From positions 630,001 to 662,000 of the forward strand of contig NC_002937.3 of assembly GCF_000195755.1 (NCBI RefSeq): DNA of 32,000 bases. The letters are read 5' to 3'. Shown piece by piece: positions 15,923 through 23,386 of this stretch. Position 1 is the first letter of the stretch, and the number at the start of each line of letters is the position of its first letter. A model generated the notes under the pieces. The model was not told the DNA's origin. It ran no database searches and worked only from the letters and a program-made list of their open reading frames with translations. The DNA is from Nitratidesulfovibrio vulgaris str. Hildenborough. Lineage in GTDB: Bacteria; Desulfobacterota; Desulfovibrionia; Desulfovibrionales; Desulfovibrionaceae. The translations under genes were made by a program, and so were the position numbers.

Positions 15923-17941
15923 TTATGCCACGGGCCTTCGCTGTTCCGTACCGTCTTCGGTGGTCGTCGGGAAGGTGAGCGAAAACTCCGTGCCTCCAGT
16001 GGGAACGCCGTCGATGCGGATGTCGCCGCCGTAGCTGCGGACGATGCCGTAGACGATGGCAAGCCCCAGTCCCATGCCCTGCCCTGTGGCCTTGGTGGTG
16101 AAAAAGGGCTGGAAGACCTGCTCGCGCAGAGTGGCGGGGATGCCGCAGCCGTTGTCTTTCACCGAAAGTGTGACCGTATCGCCCTCGTGCGAGGTGGTGA
16201 TGGTGATGCGCCCGCGCAAGCCGGCGTCGCGTCGCATCCGTTCGATGACGGCATCACGCGCGTTGGTGATGATGTTGAACACCACCTGCTGCAACCGGTT
16301 GTTGTGCGCCTTGACGGGCGGCAACGCATCGCCGAGGTGCAACTCGAACTCGACATTCTGCAACAGGAACTGATGCTCTACGAGCAGCAGCACCGAGCGC
16401 ACCGGGGCGTTGAGGTTGACCGGTTCCTCGAGAATCTCCGACTTGCGCCCGAACGAGCGCAGGGTGTTGATGATCTCTGTCGCACGGTCGACCTGCCCGC
16501 AGATATCCAGCGTCACCTCGCGCAACTGTTCCGGCGGCACGGGTAGCCCCTGTTCCAGCGCCATGTTCAGGTAGTCGCTGCCCATGCGGATGGCGTTCAG
16601 CGGCTGGTTCAGTTCGTGCGCCACCCCTGCGGACATCTCGCCAAGCGACTTCATCTTGGCCGCCTGCACTATCTGGGCGTCCTTCTCCAGCATCTCGGTG
16701 ATGTCGGTGGTGGAGACGATGATGGCGGGGCGCGCCCGGTAGCTGATGGGGCAGGCATGAAGGTTCACCCAGAACGTGGAACCGTCCTTGTGGTACTGCG
16801 CCACCTTGGGCAGGTGGACGCATCCCGTGGGTGAACTGTCTTCGTCGAACAGGCGGGGGCATTCGCGCATGGCGTCGCCGCCCAGCTTCTCGAAGCTGAG
16901 GCCCACAAGCTCTTCCCGTGCGTAGCCGTACTGTTCCACGGCGCGGGGGTTGGCGTCGAGGATGGTGCCCCTCTCGCAATCCACGACGAAGATGGGGTCG
17001 GGGCCGCTGTCGAAGAGCGAGCGGTATTTGCCTTCCGACTCTTGCAGGCGTTTGCGGTACAGCTTGATGGACCAGACCATGTTGCGGAACGAGTCGGCCA
17101 GCTGGATGACCTCGTCCCCCTGCCGCTTGCGGTAGAAGACGCAGGTGCGACAGCGGTGGAGATGTTCGGGGCTGGTGCGTGCGTGCCGCTGGTCGTCGAA
17201 GTGCCAGCAGGGGAGGTCGGTGTCGGAGTAGGCGGGACAGTCGAGGATGTTCCATCCCTGGTCGGGCATGTCGAGGTCGACGGCCGTGTTGAAGTTGCCG
17301 CGTGAGAGGTCGTCGGAGATGTTGGTGAGGCGCGAGACAGGGGCGGTGATGTATCGGGCCAGATAGTGGCTGATGATGAAGGTGATGATGACCACCGCCG
17401 TGATGAAGCCGAGGAACGTCACCCGCAGCTTGCCCACAAGGCTGTCCATGTGCGCCTTGTTGAGGCCCACGTGCACCGTGCCTATCTGGTACAGCCCTTC
17501 GCGGACGGGGACGGCGATGTCGTATGCCTCGCGCCCGTGGACGCGCACCAGTTCCATGGAGCGTGCCGCACCTTCGGGAAGGGGGTTGGCGGCCTTGAGG
17601 TGTGAGGGGAAGGGTCGGATGAAGGTGTGGGCCAGCAGCGCGTCGGAGGTGTCGAGCACGTAGATGTAGGCCACGAGTTGCGTGCGTTCGCGCAGTTGCG
17701 CCTCATCGAAGATGAGGCCGACGAGTTGCGGGGTGTCGCCGTCGAGGATGAAACCGGCCCCGCGTGCCGCGACGCTGTGCGCGATGGCCGTGCCGCGCAT
17801 CTGGAGTTCGTCGGTGAGGCTCGAGACCAGAATCCAGCGGGCCAGCAGCGCAATGGTGCCGCTGATGGCCATGATCACCACTAGGATGGTGAAGAAGAAC
17901 TTCTTCTGGAGGCCCAGCTTGTGGAAGCGGCGCAATATCAT
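15923..17941 (-). CDS. Sensor histidine kinase (2 TM, periplasmic loop, Cys4-interrupted HAMP, PAS, HisKA, HATPase)
   Basis: 672 aa. H-box SAGVAHELNQPLN, N-box NIITNARDA, G-boxes VKDNGCGIP and GQGMGLGLAIV. PAS region YRSLFDSGPDPIFVVD...HKDGSTFWV. The start overlaps the stop of the upstream binding-protein gene (ATGA). Confidence 0.93.
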   Translation of the reverse strand: MILRRFHKLGLQKKFFFTILVVIMAISGTIALLARWILVSSLTDELQMRGTAIAHSVAARGAGFILDGDTPQLVGLIFDEAQLRERTQLVAYIYVLDTSDALLAHTFIRPFPSHLKAANPLPEGAARSMELVRVHGREAYDIAVPVREGLYQIGTVHVGLNKAHMDSLVGKLRVTFLGFITAVVIITFIISHYLARYITAPVSRLTNISDDLSRGNFNTAVDLDMPDQGWNILDCPAYSDTDLPCWHFDDQRHARTSPEHLHRCRTCVFYRKRQGDEVIQLADSFRNMVWSIKLYRKRLQESEGKYRSLFDSGPDPIFVVDCERGTILDANPRAVEQYGYAREELVGLSFEKLGGDAMRECPRLFDEDSSPTGCVHLPKVAQYHKDGSTFWVNLHACPISYRARPAIIVSTTDITEMLEKDAQIVQAAKMKSLGEMSAGVAHELNQPLNAIRMGSDYLNMALEQGLPVPPEQLREVTLDICGQVDRATEIINTLRSFGRKSEILEEPVNLNAPVRSVLLLVEHQFLLQNVEFELHLGDALPPVKAHNNRLQQVVFNIITNARDAVIERMRRDAGLRGRITITTSHEGDTVTLSVKDNGCGIPATLREQVFQPFFTTKATGQGMGLGLAIVYGIVRSYGGDIRIDGVPTGGTEFSLTFPTTTEDGTEQRRPVA

Positions 17942-19209
17942 GGCTGCCCCCCCTTGTTGCTGGCGGGTCTGGCTGCCGAGGGCGGGGCACCCGCCTCGCG
18001 CATGAGTTCGAAGCGACCCCCGACAAGGCGGGTGAAGTAGACGCTGCCCATGCCCTGCCTGCTTTCGGGCGAGAAGCTCACCACCGTGCGTCCCCCGAGG
18101 GGGTAGTCGCGCAACGACTCCAGCGCGCGGACGAACCCCTCACGTGTGAGGTCGGGGCCGGCACGCCGCAACCCTTCGACGAGAATGCGCGCGTTGATGT
18201 AGCCTTCAAGGCCGATGGCACTGGGTGTGGCGTCGGGATAGTAGCGCTTCAGGAGATTCACGTACTCCGTGGTGCAGCCGAGAATGGCAGGGGCCTCGGG
18301 GGCGTCCGGCGGGGGCACGACCTGTGAGAGCAGCACCTTGGCGTCGGTGTGGCCCAGAAGACGCGCCAGTTCCTCCGCGCCCGTGAACGACAGGGCGTGG
18401 TAGACGGCATCGAAGCCCGCCTCCTCTGCCATGCGGATGAACCGGGCTGTGGGTTCGGAGGTGCCGACCATGAGAACAGCCTCTGCATCGGAGGCGATGA
18501 TGCGGTGCAGCCCGTCTTCGATGTTGTCCGTCCCTCTGGCGTATGAGCCTCGCGCCACAGGGGCGAGGCCTAGTTCGCGCAACGCCAGTTCAGTGCCCGT
18601 GAGGCCGTCGAAGCCGTAGGCGTCATACTGGTAGAAGACGGCGATGCGCGTGAGCCCGAGGTCGTGGACGAGATGCCGCACGGCGGCGTCGGTCTCCTGA
18701 TAGTACGAGGCCCGGACGTTGAACACGTAGCGGCTGAAGGGGTCGCGCAACCCGTTGGCACCTGTGAACGCCCCCACGAGGGGGATGCGCGCCTCGTCGA
18801 CAAGCGGCAGGATGCGCATGGTGGTGGGGGTGCCCACATAGCAGGTGAGGGCGAACACCTCTCCGGAGATGAGCTGTTCCTGCGTGTTGGCGAGACAGCG
18901 CGGGGGGTCGTAGCCATCGTCACGGGCGTCCAGTTCGATGCGTCGACCGTGTACCCCGCCGGAATCGTTGACGTGGTTGATGTAGGCCAGTGCCCCGCGC
19001 AGTGTCTCGACACCGAGATACCGGGCGTGGCCGGTGAGGGGTAGCGACGAGCCAAGGCGGATGGTGGCTTCCGTGACGCCGGGAACCCTGCCGGGGTGTT
19101 CTGCGTCGGGGTCGTCGGGCGTGCAGGCCGCAAGGCCCGTCAGCAGGGCGAACAGAAGGGCGAGCGCAAGCCTCACGAGCGCGGGGTTGTGGCGCGACGG
19201 ATGGGGCAA
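17938..19209 (-). CDS. Type-1 (LivK-like) periplasmic substrate-binding lipoprotein, orphan
   Basis: 423 aa. TTG start preceded by AGGAGG with 6-nt spacing. Lipobox LTGLAAC. Leu/Ile/Val-binding-protein-like segments (LGSSLPLTGHARYLGVE, GVHGRRIELDARDDGYDP, FALTCYVGTPT, LVGAFTG). No ABC permease or ATPase genes in the window. Confidence 0.85.
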   Translation of the reverse strand: MPHPSRHNPALVRLALALLFALLTGLAACTPDDPDAEHPGRVPGVTEATIRLGSSLPLTGHARYLGVETLRGALAYINHVNDSGGVHGRRIELDARDDGYDPPRCLANTQEQLISGEVFALTCYVGTPTTMRILPLVDEARIPLVGAFTGANGLRDPFSRYVFNVRASYYQETDAAVRHLVHDLGLTRIAVFYQYDAYGFDGLTGTELALRELGLAPVARGSYARGTDNIEDGLHRIIASDAEAVLMVGTSEPTARFIRMAEEAGFDAVYHALSFTGAEELARLLGHTDAKVLLSQVVPPPDAPEAPAILGCTTEYVNLLKRYYPDATPSAIGLEGYINARILVEGLRRAGPDLTREGFVRALESLRDYPLGGRTVVSFSPESRQGMGSVYFTRLVGGRFELMREAGAPPSAARPASNKGGQP

Positions 19210-19340
19210 GGCAGGCCTCCTGTAACGATGTTAAGCGGTTGAGACACCATAGCCCCGCAGGGGCAAGACGTCCAGTGTCTGCCGCGTGGCGGCGTGAACA
19301 TCCATTGCCCGCACCCTGCCGTATGAGGTATACGTGCGGT

Positions 19341-20213
19341 ATGAATCCCACCGAAATCGTTCAGGCCTCGTCCTCGGAGGAGGCGGCGCGCAAGCTGCTG
19401 CTCGATATCTGCTGGGCGGGGGGGCGTCGCTTCTGTCCGCGCTGCGGCGGTGACAGGCTGTACGGTCTTTCAGGCGGGCGGCACCGTTGCGCCGGGTGCA
19501 AGTACACGTTTCAGGACTTCGCGGGGCGCTGGATCAATAACGGCGGGCTCCCTGCGGACGCATGGCTGCGGCTGGTGACCCTCTTCGCGGCGGAGGCGAC
19601 AGCCCACCAGATGGCGGGCGAGCTCGGGCTTTCGTACAATGCCACCTACAAGGCCGTGACGACGTTACGTTTCGCCATTCTCGCCCATGCGCCCGACGCA
19701 CGGCAGTTGCTTGGGCCGGAGACAGGGCTGGGGGCCTATCTCAAGGGGCGCAAGCTCACGGGACTGCCCTCGTCACACGGGCGCGGCCCCGTACCGGTCT
19801 TCGGCATACTCGAACGCAACGGATGGGTGTTCATCGACCTTGTCTCCGGTCTTTCGGCGGAGACGGTGTTCCACTTCAACCACAGCTTCCACCTGCGCAT
19901 CGAACGGGCGGGTTACCTCGTTCACACGGCCCCCTACCGGCAGTACGACGCACTGGTGCTCTCCGGTGACGATTCACTACCCTACGAGTACATCCGCAAG
20001 GTGGAGACTCCCCCTTCGCAGCGGCGCGAGGGCGTCTTCACCCGTTACGCCGTGGAACGCATCAAGGCGTTCAAGGGCGTCTCGCCGCAGCGTTTCCCCC
20101 TGTATCTCAAGGAACTCGAGTTCCGGTACAACCACAGGGGCGAGGCCCTTGAACCGCTGCTGCTGCGCTACCTGTGCGACATGGTGCCCGACATGGAGTT
20201 CCGTCATCCCTGA
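19341..20213 (+). CDS. IS1595-family (ISXO2-like) transposase homolog, apparently catalytically degenerate
   Basis: N-terminal transposase zinc ribbon (CPRCGG...RHRCAGCKYTF), then an HTH-like LPADAWLRLVTLFAAEATAHQMAGELGLSYNATY. C-terminal family signature FPLYLKELEFRYNHRG. The start is uncertain (ATG at 19341 or 19323; the track ORF begins at 19239). Confidence 0.7.
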   Translation: MNPTEIVQASSSEEAARKLLLDICWAGGRRFCPRCGGDRLYGLSGGRHRCAGCKYTFQDFAGRWINNGGLPADAWLRLVTLFAAEATAHQMAGELGLSYNATYKAVTTLRFAILAHAPDARQLLGPETGLGAYLKGRKLTGLPSSHGRGPVPVFGILERNGWVFIDLVSGLSAETVFHFNHSFHLRIERAGYLVHTAPYRQYDALVLSGDDSLPYEYIRKVETPPSQRREGVFTRYAVERIKAFKGVSPQRFPLYLKELEFRYNHRGEALEPLLLRYLCDMVPDMEFRHP

Positions 20214-20225
20214 GTCTTTCAGGTC

Positions 20226-20325
20226 GAAGCGCCTACCCGAAGCACACCGGCGAAGCACAGCGCGCTGAGCCTTCACGCATGGCATCTCCCGCTGAAGCCC
20301 CGGCATGAAGCCCTTCGCGAGAAGC
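20226..20325. repeat. Cluster of six GAAGC motifs at 13-14 nt spacing in a convergent intergenic region
   Basis: GAAGC at 20226, 20239 and 20252 (each CGAAGCRC) and at 20294, 20307 and 20321 (each GAAGCCC). Start-to-start spacings are 13, 13, 42, 13 and 14. Confidence 0.5.
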
Positions 20326-20375
20326 CCCGAGGTCGTCTCAGACAAGGAACATCGCTCCGGACCCGCCCCGTCGTC

Positions 20376-22769
20376 TCATTCGGTACAGAACGGCCGAAGC
20401 GTAGCGGCGTAGAGGCGACCTTCGAGATATTTGGCGAGGGCTGCCACCGCGCGGTCGCATGAGCGGAACACCAGCACCCCTCCGGCCTCCAGACGTTCCA
20501 CCAGCGGGTCGTACAGTGCCCCACCGTCCACCACGGCGATGACGGGCTTCGCGAGGCCCCGCACCGTTTCGGGCAGCAGCGTCGCGATGCTTCCCGGGGC
20601 ATCCAGCGAATCGCCATCCCGCATGCCTGCGGGGAGTGTCTGCATGGCGGGCGAGAGGGGCACGACTCCTACCACCACGGCGTCCACACCGGGGTCGGCG
20701 GCAAGCAGGGACACGGTGCGGGCGTGCAGGGCATCGTCAGCCGCCGGATTGATGTCCAGCGGGTTGCGCACGTCCACCAGCCTGTCGAGTCTGTGCGCCG
20801 CCAGTTCATCACGGAGTTGCCGCGCCGTTTCGGGTGACAGGGTGGCCAGCCGCACCCTGAAATCGTCGCCGCTGATGCTGTCGGCCATGCCTACGGCCTC
20901 GAAGCCCGCCCCGCTGACGGCGGCGATGCGGTCGCCCCGCACGGTGACTCCGTGGAAATGCACGGCGAGGCGGTACAGGTCTTCGAATTCGGCGAAACTC
21001 TCCGCCACAAGGGCCCCCGCCTGTCGCACGCATGAGGTGCAGACCATGTAGTCGCCCGCCACCGAGGCCGTGTGCCCCGCCGTGGCGCTCTTGCCCTCGG
21101 GTGTGCGTCCCGCCTTGTAGAACACCACGTCGCGCCCGCAGGCCACGGCATCGCGCACGGCACGGCAGAATGAGAGCCCGTCGTCGTCGGCGAAGCCCTC
21201 CATGTAGACCGCCAGTACCCCAAGGTCGGGCACATCCTTGAACCATGTGAGCAGGTCGCCCGCCGTGAGGTCGGTCTGGTTGCCGATGGAGACGAGGTAT
21301 GCCGGGTCGATGTGGTCGACCAGCCTGCTGACCCGCGTCACCAGAAACGCCCCGCTCTGGCTGATGAAGGCCGACCGTCCGCCCTGTCCCTGTGGCTTGG
21401 GGAGCTTGGCGTCGGGAATGAAGATGGTGTCGAACCTGCCGGGGCGCGAAAGCACGCCCAGCGAGTTGCCGCCAAGAAAGACCGGCCCGCCGCCCTGTGC
21501 GTGGGCTTCGTCGATGCGGGCGCGCACGGCCGCGGCACGCTCTTCGCTGCCTGCCTTCTCACCAAGTCCGCCGGGGATGAGCAATACCGCCTCGGCAAGG
21601 TCGTCCTCGACGAGACCGTCCACGATGGCAGGCACCTGTTCCGCACCCACGGCCACCACGAAGAGGTCGAGGCGACCCATGCCCTTGAGGTCGGGGGTGC
21701 AGCGCACGCCCGCCACCTCGTCGCACGAGGGGTGCACCACGACCACGTCGGAGGCGGGAAAGCCCGCCGCGAGGATGTTGTCGAGGATGGTGCGCCCGAA
21801 GTTGGCTCTCTTGTCGGAGACCCCGATGATGCCGATGCGTCTCGGGTGCACAAGCCCGGCGATGCGTTCGACGGGGCGCGGTGCACGGCGTGCGGCGGGG
21901 CGCGAGAAGCGGCACAGGCCGTCAAGCGGTACCATCTGGTAGTCGGTGAAGGCGAAGGGGTTGATCTCGAGTTCTTCGATGACGAAGGGTGCTGCCGGGT
22001 TCTCCGGCGAATAATGGCGTCCCATGGCGATGAAAGAGGCGACGCACTCCAGCAACTGGTCGTCGGAGACGATGCGCCCCTGCCCACGGGTGCGGCCCGC
22101 CAGTTTCTCGTAGGCGATGGTGCGCCGGAACAGGTCGAAGAACGTGTCGGCGTCGGTGAGTTCGACAGAGGCGGAGGCCACAGCCTGCCCCTTGCGGAAC
22201 CGCTGGGCGTACAGTTCGGTATCCGTCCCGCCGAGACCCGCCGTGATGACCATGCCGAATTCGCGGGTGCGGCGCAGGCTCATGAGCAGTTCGTTGCCGA
22301 AGGCGGAAGAGTCGGGTGGCATGAACTGGCACATGAGCACGCCGCGCACGTCGCGTGCCACGGCTTCGCGCAGGGGGTCGCCCGTGAGCCCTGTATAGGC
22401 GGCCGGAGCCCCGCCGGGGTGGTGTTCGAGCCATGCGGCGAAACGCTCCGGCACCTCGTCGAGCATCCTGCGCCACGTCGAGCGTATCTTTCCGGGATGC
22501 TTGTCGATGATCTTCACGCCGCCCACGTCGGTCTTGTGCAGGATGGTGGGCGAGACGATCTTCATCACCACCTTGTCGCCGGGGAAGGCAAGAAGCTCTT
22601 CGTTGGAGGGGCGCGCACCCCGCGCCAGCAGGTTGACCAGCGGCACCGATTCCGCCCCCGAGTTGCGCAGGAGTTCGTAGGTCTCGTATTCCAGAAGGAT
22701 GTCACGCCCCTCTCGGGCGGCTTCCTCGAAGCAGGCGTCGATGCGTTTCCAGTTGATGGCGGGCTGCAT
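20376..22769 (-). CDS. ADP-forming acyl/acetyl-CoA synthetase family protein, fused with ATP-grasp first
   Basis: 797 aa. N-terminal ATP-grasp motif KIVSPTILHKTDVGGVKI. CoA-binding Rossmann segment RRIGIIGVSDKRANFGRTIL in the middle. CoA-ligase segments FLGGNSLGV and SAFISQSGAF. Phosphohistidine-type loop AGHTASVAGD. Confidence 0.85.
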   Translation of the reverse strand: MQPAINWKRIDACFEEAAREGRDILLEYETYELLRNSGAESVPLVNLLARGARPSNEELLAFPGDKVVMKIVSPTILHKTDVGGVKIIDKHPGKIRSTWRRMLDEVPERFAAWLEHHPGGAPAAYTGLTGDPLREAVARDVRGVLMCQFMPPDSSAFGNELLMSLRRTREFGMVITAGLGGTDTELYAQRFRKGQAVASASVELTDADTFFDLFRRTIAYEKLAGRTRGQGRIVSDDQLLECVASFIAMGRHYSPENPAAPFVIEELEINPFAFTDYQMVPLDGLCRFSRPAARRAPRPVERIAGLVHPRRIGIIGVSDKRANFGRTILDNILAAGFPASDVVVVHPSCDEVAGVRCTPDLKGMGRLDLFVVAVGAEQVPAIVDGLVEDDLAEAVLLIPGGLGEKAGSEERAAAVRARIDEAHAQGGGPVFLGGNSLGVLSRPGRFDTIFIPDAKLPKPQGQGGRSAFISQSGAFLVTRVSRLVDHIDPAYLVSIGNQTDLTAGDLLTWFKDVPDLGVLAVYMEGFADDDGLSFCRAVRDAVACGRDVVFYKAGRTPEGKSATAGHTASVAGDYMVCTSCVRQAGALVAESFAEFEDLYRLAVHFHGVTVRGDRIAAVSGAGFEAVGMADSISGDDFRVRLATLSPETARQLRDELAAHRLDRLVDVRNPLDINPAADDALHARTVSLLAADPGVDAVVVGVVPLSPAMQTLPAGMRDGDSLDAPGSIATLLPETVRGLAKPVIAVVDGGALYDPLVERLEAGGVLVFRSCDRAVAALAKYLEGRLYAATLRPFCTE

Positions 22770-23386
22770 ACGTTCCTCTCATGGACGGTATCGGGGAAGG
22801 GTGCGGCTTGCGCCTTCGGGGCGCGTACGGCGCGTCAGGTGGCATATCCTGCCATCGGCACAGGAGCAATACTGTAGCGGCGGCGCAATGCTTTCACAAC
22901 GACGGAAGCGGGACTTTGTGCCATGTGAGCGCCTGACGCACCCTGTGAAGTGCCATACCGTGCGTAATTGGCGGTGTGTGTTAATTGTAACATATTGCAA
23001 TCGTGCAGGAGTGTTCTTTGGGCAAGTGTCTGAACAGACACAAGATGCGTTGCTTTGTCACGGGGGGGCAGGGGGCATAGAACAGGTCATGGTCACAGAG
23101 GCGCGTCCGCCGGGGCGGCGCGCATGACGTACCGGGAGTGTTTCATGGATACATGCTGCAAGGCATCACTCAAGACCTGCGGGGCCTCGCCGCTCCCGTT
23201 CTCGGGTCTCGGACACGACCTCGCCCCCGTCAGGGCGCGGGCCATGCTGCTTGCCGTCGTTCCCGCACAGCAGCTGGATAGCCCGCCCCCCCGGGTCAGG
23301 CTCAAGGCGCATATGCCGCACGGCTATGCCCTTCATGTCATGTTCGGACGAGAGACACGGGGACGCTGAACCCCAGAGGAGGCACG

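Larger units (their letters stand above)
19226..20354 (+). mobile_element. Candidate decayed IS1595-like element bounded by bipartite inverted repeats
   Basis: Left CGATGTT-N7-TGAGAC (19226-19245). Right, as reverse complement, CGATGTT-N7-TGAGAC (20335-20354). Same spacing and inverted orientation, enclosing the transposase-like ORF (about 1.13 kb). No target-site duplication seen. Confidence 0.3.
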
